Source: Macrostomum lignano (taxonomy: Eukaryota). From it: DNA of 64,000 bases. The notes under the pieces are model-generated. The model made no database searches, had not been told where the DNA came from, and saw only the letters and a list, made by a program, of their open reading frames with translations. This document shows positions 24,436 to 37,492 of the stretch, one piece after another. The translations under genes and the position numbers were made by a program. Within the stretch, counting starts at the first letter, position 1. Each line of letters starts with the position of its first letter. Location of the stretch: positions 152,858-216,857 of the forward strand of contig NIVC01001321.1 in assembly GCA_002269645.1 (NCBI GenBank). Reading direction: 5' to 3'.

Positions 24436-27400
24436 TCAGCGCAGCGGCATCGGCACAAACGGGGGCAGCAGGCAGCCGGACTCGATAGCCCGGCGCAGCT
24501 CGCCAGCCCTGGCCTCGGCTGTGCAGATTGGCGGCGAGTTCCTCGGCGGCAGCAAACTGGCGAACACGTCGCCGTGGTGCAGCAGCATGCGGGACAGGCA
24601 GCGGGGCCGGAAGCCGGGCCTGGGGTGCAGTAGGCTCAGCAGCAGCTGGCGGTAGGCCGGGCTGACCTGATTGGGGATTCGCAACGATGTTTACATAGAG
24701 CTGGAGACTGCAGTGTGAGACTGCGGCTGAGGCATGCTGAGATCCTCAGCTTAGAGTTCCTAGATGTTACATTCCAGATCCCAGATTCGAGATCCCAATA
24801 CTCCCAGATCCGGAATTCCGGATTCCAGATCACACATTCCAGATCCCAGAACCCAGATTTGAGATATCAGATTCCAAATCCCACATTCCAGATCTCAGAT
24901 TCCAAATCCCACATTCCAGATCTCAGATTCCAAATCCCACATTCCAGATCTCAGATTCCAAATCCCACATTCCAGATCTCAGATTCCAAATCCCACATTC
25001 CAGATCTCAGATTCCAAATCCCACATTCCAGATCTCAGATTCCAAATCCCACATTCCAGATCTCAGATTCCAAATCCCACATTCCAGATCTCAGATCAGT
25101 TTCCAGATTCCAGATCCGGCACCGGGATTCGGGATTCCAGATCCCTGATCCCTGATCCGAGTTTCTAGATCTCAGATCCGAGTTTCCAGATCTGAGTTCC
25201 AGATTTTAGATCCGAGTTTCCAGATCCAGTTCCTAGATCCCGGATTCCAGATCCAGATTCGAAATGTCAGATTCGAGTCACAGATACTAGCTTCCAAATT
25301 ACAGATTCCAGGTCCAAGAAACCAGCTTTCAGAGCCCTGGGTCCAAAATTCCCAATCCCATATCCCAATGTTCAGGCTTTACCAGACCCTGGTTCTCATA
25401 CTTAATTTACAGTCTGAAAGGTAAAATCTTACCTGCATATTGCTGTTGATCAGCTGCTGATAGCCTTCTGACTGCATATACCTGGCGTACTGGTCCACTG
25501 TCCAGTCTGTCCGCAGTGATTTGGGCGGCACAATGGGAAATACGTTGTGCAGCAGCCAGTAAGCCAGACAGCCAAAGCTGAACCAATCTGTTGCCTTGGT
25601 AACCACGTGACCTGATGAAATTTGAAATGAAGTAAGCAATTTTCAAATCATATATAGATATAATCAGCAAAAATAAAAAACTAACATAAAAACCGTAACA
25701 TTAAACAATTATTGTGCTCTGGACTTTTTTAAACGGATCCGTAAAATGCACCGCGATTCTCACACCTGATGAGGGGCGATTCTCACACAGCTGATAAGGG
25801 GCGATTCTCACACACATGATGAGGGGCTATTCTCACGCCTGATGAGGGGTGATTCTCACACACCTGATGAGGGGTGATTCTCACACAGCTGATGAGGGGC
25901 GATTCTCACACCTGATGAGGGGTGATTCTCACACACCTGATGAGGGGTGATTCTCACACAGCTGATGAGGGGTGATTCTCACACCTGATGAGGGGCGATT
26001 CTCACACACCTGATGAGGGGCGATTCTCACACCTGATGAGGGGCGATTCTCACACCTGATGAGGGGCGATTCTCACAGCTGATGAGGGGCGATTCTCACA
26101 CAGCTGATGAGGGGCGATTCTCACACAGCTGATGAGGGGCGATTCTCACACAGCTGATGAGGGGCGATTCTCACACCTGATGAGGGGCGATTCTCACAGC
26201 TGATGAGGGGCGATTCTCACACAGCTGATGAGGGGCGATTCTCACACAGCTGATGAGGGGCGATTCTCACACACCTGATGAGGGGCGATTCTCACAGCTG
26301 ATGAGGGGCAATTCTCACAGCTGATAAGGGGCGATTCTCACACAGCTGATGAGGGGCGATTCTCACACAGTCACACCTGATGAGGGGTGATTCTCACAGC
26401 AGCTGACATGAGGGGAGAGTCTTAGTTTACCAGGATCGATTCTCAAATCTGATGAAATCGAAGTGGTTTCCAATAAGAGTGACGAGTGAGCACCCAGCAG
26501 ATTCCAAAGCCATTCTCACCTCTCTGAACACCATCGTTTACAATGGGAGCTCTGCGCAGAACCTCGCCAGGCAGGTGATAGGTGTTTAGGCCGGCTCTCA
26601 GTTGGCTGCAAGCGCGGCCCAAACTGTCCAGCTGGAGGGCGTGGCCAAAATCAGCCAACCGGACGTGGCCGCTGGCGCTCAGTAGCACATTGTCAGCCTG
26701 GGTGTATTATTATTGTTGCAACTGAGAATGAGATCAATGCGTAGACTATGGGGCTCAATTGTGCCATGGGGAAACGGGTGACAGAGGGGGGGGACTCGGG
26801 TGATAGAGGGGCGGGGGAACTCGGATGATAGAGGGGGGCAATTTGGGTGACAGAGGGGGGACTCGGGTGATAGAGGGGCGGGGGAACTCGGGTGATAGAG
26901 GGGGGCAATTGGGGTGACAGAGGGGGGACTCGGGTGATAGAGGGGCGGGGGAACTCGGATGATAGAGGGGGGCAATTTGGGTGACAGAGGGGGGGACTCG
27001 GGTGATAGAGGGGCGGGGGAACTCGGATGATAGAGGGGGGCAATTTGGGTGACAGAGGGGGGGACTCGGGTGATAGAGGGGGCAATTTGGGTGACAGGGG
27101 GGGACTCGGGTGATAGAGGGGCGGGGGAACTCGGGTGATAGAGGGGGGAAAATCGGGTGATAGAGAGGGTAATTTGGGTGACAGAGGGGAGAAACTCAGG
27201 TGACAGGGGGGGGGGGGGGGGGGGGGCAACTCGGATGATAGGGGGGGGGGAAACTCGGGTGACAGAGGGGGCGATTCGGGTTATAGAGGGGGGGCAATTC
27301 GGGTGATAGAGGGGGGAAATTCGGGCGATAAAAGGAGGGCAATTCGGGTGACAGGGGGGCGGGGGGTCAAGTCGCACTTGTGATGTTAGACTACAAACTC

Positions 27401-29246
27401 AACTCAGCACGCGCCAATGCCAATCAATCAATCAATCCAACAGAATCAACACAGCCATAGTGCCAATGCCAACCTTGATATCCATGTGCAGGCAGCCGCG
27501 CGAATGCATGTAGTCAATAGCGCAGCCAACTTCGGCAATGTAAAACACGGCCTCGTGCTCCAATAGGCGCTGCTTGCCAGTGTGCAGGCCAGTTAGCAAG
27601 TCCTGTAAGGAGCCGCCAGTAGCCAGTTCAAGCAGCAAGCAACCAGTGCCCTTGCCGGAGAGCTGGATAGTCAGACAGTCCAACATCCACAGTAGGAAGG
27701 TGCTCTTGTAGGACTCTCTAGTGTGGTCACGCTGCAACACCTGACTCGGTTGTAAAATGTAAACTAATAATGCGTCTATAAAAAAGAATACGTGTAATAG
27801 TAATGATACTATTTTAGCCATGTGACTTACATATGAGAGAAACCTGGGCAAAATTTAACGTAACTTTAGGTAAACGACAGGAGTAACTATCAGTGTACTA
27901 TTAAGGCTAAATGCCTCGTCATCTAATAAGTGCCCGTAAACCTGTATTTTCGGGTGGGCATTTTTGTGACTTACCTAGGCTGGGCGGCCCCTCGACAGAA
28001 GTTTCATAAGGCCAAAATTTCACATCGTAGAAAACTAAATACAACAATAGGACCATGCAGAATGTTCGGTGTTGTGAAATGTCGGTCTTGTGAAGTTTCG
28101 GTCTTGCGAAAGATGTTTCGGTTTCGGCATTGTGAAATTTCGGTCATGTGATGGATTATGAAGCCCCCCCATTTGATGTAGACGCAAGGTCACTCACATT
28201 GTCATTGGCATTTGGCATTAAAATAAACATGATACTTATACTATACTATAGTGGCTTCTAGCTTGATTTGAATCATTTGATATCAATCGCTTTCTTACCT
28301 GATGCACCCACTGCTCCATCTTGTACGTGTGCAGATGCTGCGTCACCTTGAGAGCAAAGACTTCGACAGGCACTTCGCGCTTAGAAAACGAGGACAGGCG
28401 ATCCACTTCGCACATGTACACTTGGCCGAAATTGCCTTTGCCGAGGCAGTGCGTTGGTCGATAATAATATTGGCCAGTAAAAATTTTGAGTGGAATGCAC
28501 CCGGTGCCAGCGAAAGTGCAATTCGGTTGCTGCATGGGGTTCAAAGGCTGATTAGCCTGTTGACTTTCATAAAGCTGCTGCTGCTGCTGCTTCTGGGTTC
28601 GGGGGTGCCGCGCCAGAGCGTGGCACAATGACTCGAAGAAAACTGGCATCTGGTGGGCAAACAGGCCATAATCTCTGGCGCGGCGAAGCAGAGCCCAAAG
28701 CAGATCATCAACCCCTAGTCTCGAAGTGCTAACCTGCTCTGTTTGCAGCACCGACACGCAGTTGGCACTCGTAGTCGTAGGCAGACGAATAAAAGTCACA
28801 GACCGGCTTCTTCCAGTCCAAGACCAATTTTTAGCAGACGGTTCTTGCGTGTTCTTTGGTGCCAGAGTATCACTGCCTGTCTTGCTTTGCAGCTGCTCAT
28901 TTGGATTTCTTGACGATAATATACAAAGCAGACAACCAGAATTGCTTGATAATGATAGTTCCGAATTCACAGATAAGTCAAGATAGTCAGCTACGATTCC
29001 AGAATCATCAGCGGTGTAACAGACACTTCTGCAGTCAATACAGTCCACATTTCTCGGTTTATTTACTCTGCTAGTGCTAGTCATAGCGCCGAATCCGTGA
29101 GAATAACACTGTTGTTTGGCGTTCCCATCTTTGTAAGCACGCGCTAAAGAACAGTAGCTGGCATGGTCCTTAACTTTCGCAAATTGAAGCTCCGCTGAAA
29201 TAAATTTTTCTGCGTTCACTCTGCGTTCCTTTGATATCGTGATCAT
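24436..29246 (-). CDS. Divergent AGC-like Ser/Thr protein kinase (600 aa, 5 exons) with a long unassigned N-terminus
   Basis: Exons 29246-28299, 27740-27474, 26697-26520, 25611-25433 and 24666-24436 join in phase. Motifs: LGKGNFGQVY, FALK, HMDIKADN, LADFG, PGE (APE equivalent), TDWFSFG, and an AGC-tail-like LPPFVP. Confidence 0.85.
24770..25300. repeat. 28-bp minisatellite (attccagatctcagattccaaatcccac), kinase intron 4
   Basis: Homogeneous core at about 24870-25095 with degenerate flanks. Confidence 0.92.
25752..26410. repeat. 21-23 bp minisatellite (tgatgaggggcgattctcacacc/agc), kinase intron 3
   Basis: About 28 units. Confidence 0.95.
26770..27365. repeat. G-rich gggtga(t/c)agagggg minisatellite, kinase intron 2
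   Basis: Direct reading. Confidence 0.92.
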
Positions 29247-31097
29247 TATCTAGCAGCTTGAACGGTCCCAGCTCAGAATCACAGCACAGGCAATGCCAGA
29301 CAGACTGAAACTTAGAGAAACCTCTCGTGGCTTAAATCCGAAACCAACCACAAAAACGACCTGCACGTTTGTTTTCCTTTCCTTGGACGGAGTTTTATCG
29401 ATCGATTTTCAAGCCCGTGCTATTTATTGGCTCAGCCGCGAGGAGGGGTTTGAGGCTGGGCTGAGAGTGCGCCAAACTCTGTACGGGGTAGAGGGTGAAA
29501 GGGGGATGGGGGCTGGCTAAGGGTGTTTTCGTTGTTTTTATGGCTCGTTCGTTTTTATCGCATCGTGCGCCCTTCAACGACGCTAGGGCCAACAAATTTG
29601 TCAAAAATCCGATCAAATTTAAATTAAAATTTGCCCTTTACTATTCTGTTATTGATCTACTTGAGGCTTGCTTTTATATAAAATATGGAAAATTCCACGA
29701 TAGTTATAGTGGTTAGTGAAATTATATTCTGATTGTGCATATGTATACGTGTATTAACATTCAGCAATGGACTAATGTACGTTTGCTTGCGTGCAATGCA
29801 AGTTGCAGCGTTGTACACGCTGTTTGTGGGCCACCGGGCAAGTTATTTTATTATTAATATTTAGCAATCGTTTAGCAAAGCGTACATACTCACTCAATTG
29901 ATCGATTCTCAGCTTTTGTGCATCATAGCGTCAAAGGCTTAAAAAATGGCAGTACCTACATATCCTTTGTCCCCTGGTTTTGAATCCGTATGGCATAGCA
30001 TAGGTGACTTCGTATGAGCAAATTGGATACCAGAACCAGAAGGCGAACTTTTAAAGTGAATGCTAGCTCGGTTTTTTATTAATGTTGTCACTGCTTTAAG
30101 CAAGCAAAAGCAACTAATTACTAAACTTGAATTCCGAATTGCCATTCGCAGCCAAACTCTACAGTCTGCAGCTATCACAATAGCAAGTTTAATTGCGATG
30201 GTTTAATATAATCTGCATAACTATGCGCATGTACATGGCAAATTGCCAAATCGAAATATCGTGGTAGCAGGTCAGAAATTCTCAACGCGAATCATTTATG
30301 CAATAGGCAGGACTGACAGACATATTTACAACAGCAATTGGTAGCATAGTACTGCGAATACGAATTGAAAATTATTGCTTTGATCATTGTTAATCTAATA
30401 TTTAAGCACATTCACGGTTACCCACTTAGCGAACATTTTCAATGTACAACGCAAGTTTATCATGGGATGGGAAAGAGTAAGAAAAAAATGAATAGAATTC
30501 GAATCGAGCTGGAGAAGAGGAACAGTATAGCGAATGGCGAAACTGTCCACGAGACGCTTGAGGTCGGATTTGAAGGCTTGAGTTCTTGGTCGTATTGCAG
30601 CAACTGTAATTGCACTGCGCTGATAACCAGTGTGACTCATCACGCATGGGGCAAATTTAGTACAGTGTATAATTTAATCCAAAATTGTAAACTAATTAAA
30701 CTTGCTATGTTTACGGAAACAAAGACTATAATTAAAGGCTTAAACTGTAACAAATTAACACATCACGTTCAAAGGCGCTGAAGAGCTCTACAGGGGCAAA
30801 CCTCCTTGATTCATCATTAGTCACTGGTTCCTATCCTCAGTGGCATCCACTGACCTGACTATCAGGGGGCCTAGGCAAGGGGTCAACGGGGGTCATGGCC
30901 CCTCCTAAAAACTCCGGTGATCTTTGAAACTTTTATTTTACACTACTTTATTTTTAAAGGCTCACTGAAAAACAAAAAACAAAAAATCACGGTTATGCCA
31001 AACAGAATTGACTACATTTTCGCTAAGCTTGGAATTATTAATACAGAATTAAACTATAGCTCTAAATAAAATGAAAGCTGCTTGAAGTCAGGAGAAA

Positions 31098-32614
31098 TCA
31101 AACATCAGCAGATTTTGTTGCCAACTGCAGATTGCCAACATGAGCTCGCTGATGTTGCTGATGCTGCGGCTGTGGCGCCAGCGCTGTTGCGCCAGGTATC
31201 CGAGAGCTGGCAGCTGAGGATGGCCTTGACAGGGTTCGGTACTGCTGCTGCTGCTGCTGCTGCTGCAGAGGCGCTGAGCTGAACTGAGGCTCGCTCAGCA
31301 GCATCAGAGCCGGCTGGTTGAATGCCGACTGCGAACCGCTGGACGGCGATGGGGACGCCGCTTGGCGATGGCGCTGCTGCTGCCTGTGCTGACTCGTCAG
31401 GGTCATGGGCACGAGCTCGTGGTGCTCCCGACCGCAACCGCCAGTCGTTGTCGCCAACGAGGCCGAGCCGTTCATGACGAAGTCCTCCTCAACGATGCAG
31501 TTGCAGTTGTGGTGCAAATTCGGCGACCGAGAGCGCAGCTGGTGCTGGTGCGAATAGCCCGAGCTGCCGCTCGGCGGCAGGGTCACATAGCGAAGGTGCT
31601 CCGGCATGGCCACTGGGCGATTGAGTGAAGAAGTGAGTGATGAAGCTTATGAAGATTGATAGCTTATTTGGCAGACTAGTGCAGGGAGTAGTGTAAAGTG
31701 AAAGGGTTGCCCATAAGCTTCCCAGTCTGGAACAGGATCGGCCCCTCTCACTGAATCCGCCCTCTCTGGATCCGCCCCTGATGCTCCTCTCTCTGGATCC
31801 GCCCCTGATGCTCCTCTCTCTGGATCCGCCCCTGATGCTCCTCTCTCTGTATCCGCCCCTGATGCTCCTCTCTCTGGATCCGCCCCTGATGCTCCTCTCC
31901 CTGGATCCGCCCCTGATCCTCCTCTCCCTGTATCCGCCCCTGATGCTCCTCTCCCTGGATCCGCCCCTGATCCTCCTCACCCTGGATCCGCCCCTGATGC
32001 TCCTCTCCCTGGATCCGCCCCTGATCCTCCTCTCTCTGGATCCGCCCCTGATGCTCCTCTCTCTGGATCCGCCCCTGATGCTCCTCTCCTTGGATCCGCC
32101 CCTGATGCTCCTCTCTCTGTATCCGCCCCTGATGCTCCTCTCCCTGGATCCGCCCCTGATGCTCCTCTCACTGGATCCGTCCCTGATCTTCCTCTCTGGA
32201 TCCGTCCCTGATCTCTGGATCCGCCGCTGATCCTCCTCTCTCTGAATCCGCCCCTTTGAATCCGCCCTTTGAATCCGCCCCTTTGAATCCGCCCTTTGAA
32301 TTCGCCCCTTTGAATCCGCCCCTTTGAACCCGCCCCTTTGAATCCGCCCCTGGGTAAGCCGCAGTACATTCGAAAGCTCGGCAGTTTTACAGGCGTGGCT
32401 GCAATGCAAAGTCACGTGACAAGAGTCCCGAATTATTGGCACACAAACGCATCCCGCACTCACATCTGTGATCGGGGTGCATCATCTCCTCTTCGCTGGC
32501 CCCGTGGCCGGAGTCGGCCGAGGCCACCTCGTAGTCGCCAGGCAGAAACAGATTGGGCGGCGCGCCCGGTGGGTAGTGCAGGCCCGACGAGCCGCTGCCG
32601 CCGCCGTTCCCAGT
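31098..32614 (-). CDS. Probable cytoplasmic-tail exons of the protocadherin (32614-32464 and 31612-31098)
   Basis: GC-rich, same strand and downstream of the TM exon. The two exons join in phase 1 (AGA T|GTGAGT ... cccag|TG GCC). DSGHGASEEE resembles the delta-protocadherin CM1 motif, and the tail is Q/S-rich. Linkage to the TM exon requires an intervening exon. Confidence 0.62.
31755..32345. repeat. 27-bp minisatellite (ggatccgcccctgatgctcctctctct), protocadherin last intron
   Basis: About 17 units grading into gaatccgcccttt. Confidence 0.95.
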
Positions 32615-33049
32615 CTGGTAAATGTTAACGAAAAATGTAGTCAAACTATTTGCATCACTTTACTTACAGTAGGCGAAATAGAGATAAGTATAAAACCCTC
32701 TTTTTTATTTACGCTTACACATATTTAGTTTCTGCCTAAGAACTCAATCGCTTCCATCGTCAATTTTTATATTATTTTTTTCAGCATACATTTCAGCTTT
32801 TATTAACTGGAAATTCTAATTTCAAGTGCAATTCTATTTGCGAAAATCTAATATCCGAACGGTTAAATGCCACATGCTCAGCACCGATGCTAAGTAATAG
32901 AATCCAATTAGAAGGCTTTTCCGCTGCTGCCCTGTGCGCAAAGCAATTTCAGCTTTGAGAGGGCAGTTCTAGTGCTATCCTCGTAAAAGCAATTTCTGAG
33001 TTGTATTGCAGGTTATGCGTTCCCTGGATCCTTCATTCCCTGGATCAAC

Positions 33050-33530
33050 CCTAGATCCGCCCCCTTCCAGATCCACCCCTTCCAGATCCGCCCCTTCCAG
33101 ATCCACCCCTTCCAGATCCGCCCCCTTCCAGATCCACCCCTTCCAGATCCGCCCCTTCCAGATCCGCCCCTTCCAAATCCACCCCTTCCAGATTCACCCC
33201 TTCCAGATTCACCCCTTCCAGATTCACCCCTTCCAGATTCACCCCTTCCAGATCCGCCCCTTCCAGATCCGCCCCCTTCCAGATTCACCCCTTCCAGATT
33301 CACCCCTTCCAGATTCACCCCTTCCAGATCCGCCCCTTCCAGATCCGCCCCCTTCCAGATTCACCCCTTCCAGATTCACCCCTTCCAGATTCACCCCTTC
33401 CAGATCCGCCCCTTCCATATCCGCTCCCTTCCATATCCGCCCCCTTCCAGATCCGCCCCCTTCCAGATTCACCCCCTTCCAGATCCGCCCCTTCCAGATC
33501 CGCCCCTTCCAGATCCGTCCCTTCCAGATC
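33050..33530. repeat. 15-16 bp minisatellite (ccagatccgccccttc)
   Basis: About 30 units. Confidence 0.95.
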
Positions 33531-34339
33531 CATGGCAACTATTTTCATAAAGCGTATGCTTTGTTACTGCAGAACAGCACAGGCCCAACATTGTGCCTGG
33601 CTCTCATTCGGTGGGCTTGTCTCTCCTAGCAAAGTCAAACATTCATGTCGCAGCTTTTTTAATAGCATCTCTCTTCCCTTCCCCATGTTTTCTCCTCCTT
33701 AATAGGTGGAAGGCCGCGGTGGGACGCTACCTGCTAAGAGGAAGTCTAAAAACCCGACTTCCTTCTAGTCTGAGTCTAGCAGCAGCAGCAGTAGCAGCAG
33801 CAGCAACATTCTGCTTGGCTGACCCTGCAGCACTTGCGGTGACCTCTCCTGCAGATGCACACCTACCTGTGTTAGTCACATCCTCTCATCTGCGTCTTTA
33901 GCATCCTAAAGCTATAGAGATTGTGTGTCTGCAATCTGATTTTTGGGGCACGGAAGCCTGCCAGCTCAATGGGGGAGGAGTAAATGGGAAGATGATTGGG
34001 GAGGCTGGCGGTGGGAGCTCTGGGAGGGTTTGGCTTGAGTAGCCGCAGATTCTGAGAGAGTATTTCTAAAGCATATCTTAATCTGGCCTCCCATCTGCTC
34101 CGGAATTTCTCCGCTTTCTGGCTGAGGCCTCGCGAGTGGCGGCTACACTTTAAGCAGCAGCTCGTCGGACTAAAATTGCCTAATAATGGGGCCTGTCGGA
34201 GGAATAAAATTAAACGGTGACGTGTCCGCATGGAGCATCGCTCAAAGTGGGGCTCTTGGAATTCCAGTATCGGCACACTGCTTGATTCTCATGCACGCAG
34301 CTCAAACAGGGTGTACAGCGGCCCTGACTTTCCGATCGT

Positions 34340-34705
34340 CAGGCATGTACACTCAGGCATGTACACTCAGGCATGTACACTCAGGCATGTACACTCAGGC
34401 ATGTACACTCAGGCATGTACACTCAGGCTTGTACACTCAGGCATGTACACTCAGGCATGTACACTCAGGCTTGTACACTCAGGCATGTACACTCAGGCAT
34501 GTACACTCATGCATGTACACTCAGGCATGTACACTCAGGCATGTACACTCAGGCATGTACACTCAGGCATGTACACTCAGGCATGTACACTCAGGCATGT
34601 ACACTCAGGCATGTACACTCAGGCATGTACACTCAGGCATGTACACTCAGGCATGTACACTCAGGCATGTACACTCAGGCATGTACACTCAGGCATGTAC
34701 ACAGG
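34340..34705. repeat. 14-bp minisatellite (caggcatgtacact)
   Basis: About 25 units. Confidence 0.97.
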
Positions 34706-36084
34706 CGGTAGCTGCTGTGCCTCCCTCAAGCTACTCTGCGCAGTCAGCCTCAGGCAGACTCCAAGGAGTCCCAGCGTCAGTAACCATTGGCAGTTCGCTC
34801 TACATGCCTTTAAGTCAGGAGTTGGCAAACTCCTTTTAAAATTGAAACTTCACAATAGCAATCCGGTCCGTTCAAGGTTTGTGTCTCTTCTCAGGTCTCT
34901 TCTCTATCATCTCTTCTCTCCTCTCCTCTATTCTCCATTATTCCCTCTTATCTCTCCCATTCTCTCTGGTCATGCGCCAGGTTCTCTATCTGGCCTGTAA
35001 GGTAAAAAATCCCTGCTCTAAGCAGGTATCGATAGCTGTTGGTGCAGATCCGCATCCAGTAGAAGGCGCAGTCATTAACGCTTTCCTAGAAAGCAAGCTG
35101 CTATTAATCTCCCAGTTGTCAGACAGCGGAAAGGATTATCGCCCCACACACACCCCCACTAAGAAGGCGGATTTAGTAATTCCTTTATTCCATCACCCAC
35201 CCACTACACGTCTGCCTGTCAGTCAGTCCTGGCTAGACGGAGAGATGATGCCCCATTGCCTGCTGAAGTCTGTGTGGGGTTGGTGGGATAAAAATCCCCA
35301 CCACTGAACTGCCTGCTGGGAGGGCCTGAAACCCGATCCAGTCTAGCCTTTCCCATTCTCCTCTCCCACCCTCCATAGCCTGCCGTGGCAAGATCAAGAT
35401 CCCCATTGCGTCGGTGGGATATATTTGGACTGACTCATGTGGCAGGATCTTACCAACGTAAGGGGAGGGTTGCGGATAAGATAAGAGCCCCCCCCCCGAA
35501 CTGCAGCCGGCTCGGTTTCAGAATTCTCGAAAGGTGCGCGCCGCCAGCCAGAGAGCCACCAGCTGGGCTCTTGACGGGCGGAGCTGAGGAGGCGCCGGCC
35601 GCAAGGCAAGTTAAAAAATTGAGGGTTGAACAGGGAGTCAGCGGAGATCAAGGATCCGCTCTCGGGGCCCGTGACGCCGCCATCTGTGGTGCCGCCAGCC
35701 GATCAATCACAGCGGGAGGTGGCGGGGCGCAGCCTGGATGCGCAAGAGGATAAATTGGATTGGGTGTGAGGAAGGGGGATAAATGTCTCGCCCACAGCAA
35801 AGGGCGAGAGGAATGTGGAAGACGACAAGAGTGAGGAGGAGCAGCAGCTGATGAGGCGGAGCTTGTGGAAGTCTTTTAAAAATCGGATTCTAAAAGACAG
35901 GCAGCCTTTTCAGTTTATTCGGATTGGACAGAACTGCCTCTGGGGTTCAGAATCCTGGGAGCGGGGGCTGGGGTAGAAGGTCAAGATAGAGAAGTTTAGC
36001 TACATCGCCATCCATCTCACCGCAAAGGTACCCCGAACGTTTGACATGAAGCACTGAACTCTGAAGCACAGAGAATTGAACGAT

Positions 36085-36565
36085 GAGATCTGAGCACTGA
36101 GCACTGAGAATTGAGCACTGAGCACTGAGATCTGAGCACTGAGCACTGAGATCTGAGCACTGAGCACTGAGATCTGAGCACTGAGCACTGAGATCTGAGC
36201 ACTGAGCACTGAGCACTGAGATCTGAGCACTGAGCACTGAGATCTGAGCACTGAGCACTGAGATCTGAGCACTGAGCACTGAGATCTGGGCACTGAGCAC
36301 TGAGATCTGAGCACTGAGCACTGAGATCTGAGCACTGAGCACTGAGATCTGAGCACTGAGCACTGAGATCTGAGCACTGAGCACTGAGATCTGAGCACTG
36401 AGCACTGAGATCTGAGCACTGGGCACTGAGATCTGAGCACTGAGCACTGAGATCTGAGCACTGAGCACTGAGATCTGAGCACTGAGCACTGAGATCTGAG
36501 CACTGAGCACTGAGATCTGAGCACTGAGCACTGAGATCTGAGCACTGAGCACTGAGATCTGAGCA
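36085..36565. repeat. 21-bp minisatellite (gagcactgagcactgagatct)
   Basis: About 23 units built from 7-mers. Confidence 0.97.
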
Positions 36566-37492
36566 GTCTCCTCTATGTGCTTGGTAACCAGCCTGAAATC
36601 GAGTTTATTGTATTTGCTTGGCGTCACGAGCCGGCCGCGCTGACCTCATAAGACGGACTGTCTTCCAGCCCGACCATCTCGGAGAGACTGTCTTCGTTGC
36701 ACTAACTCCGCGTTCTCCTTATCTGCTGCCCAGAAACCAAAACCGGGCCGGAGCTGAGGACTAACAATCAATCAGATGGGGATATTTGTGCGGGGAGGCT
36801 GGGATCTGCACTCTGGCTGGGATCTGTGGGAGCGCCTGACAGTTTTGGGGTGATGGGGCCGATGGGATGCTCAATTTGATGATGATGGGAGCTGGGCCAG
36901 CCCAAATCCCCCGCTAGGTACCCCGGCTGGCTTATTGCGGGAATCCAGGGAGAGCGAGGCGAGTTTTTAAGACTTTTCTGGCATAAAATATTGCGGCCCC
37001 TCCCGACAGCCTAACTGGGGATCTCAGCGCAAACTGCAAACTCCCTGCCGCGCTCCAGGGAACTCGATTGCAGACTGATCTGGGAATTTTTAACAACTTT
37101 GGTACCGGAATTGGGGCAGCTTGGGGAGAACGGACTGGGCAAGCGTTATTGTTACTGAGAATTTTCTTGTGCTCAGGTCCGCCGCAGTGAAAGACAGGAA
37201 AAGAGCAGCACAATGGTCCCAGAGCAGATCTTGATGGTGCGGCTTTCTGCAGCATCTCCCTGGTATTAAAATTATATAGAATCTTGATAACGGTCAGACT
37301 CTCGTGTAGATTTCTGACCAGCATCCGGTGCAAAAATTCAAATATAAATCCGCGCGTTTGTGTTGCCAAGTGGGAGAAAATCCCCCACCGTAGTCATAAA
37401 ACTGCTTAAAAAACGAAATGAGCTCCGCGGCCTCAGTGAGCATGCGAAATGTGGAACTCTGTGGTATGCTCAATCACTGCTCAATCACTGAC

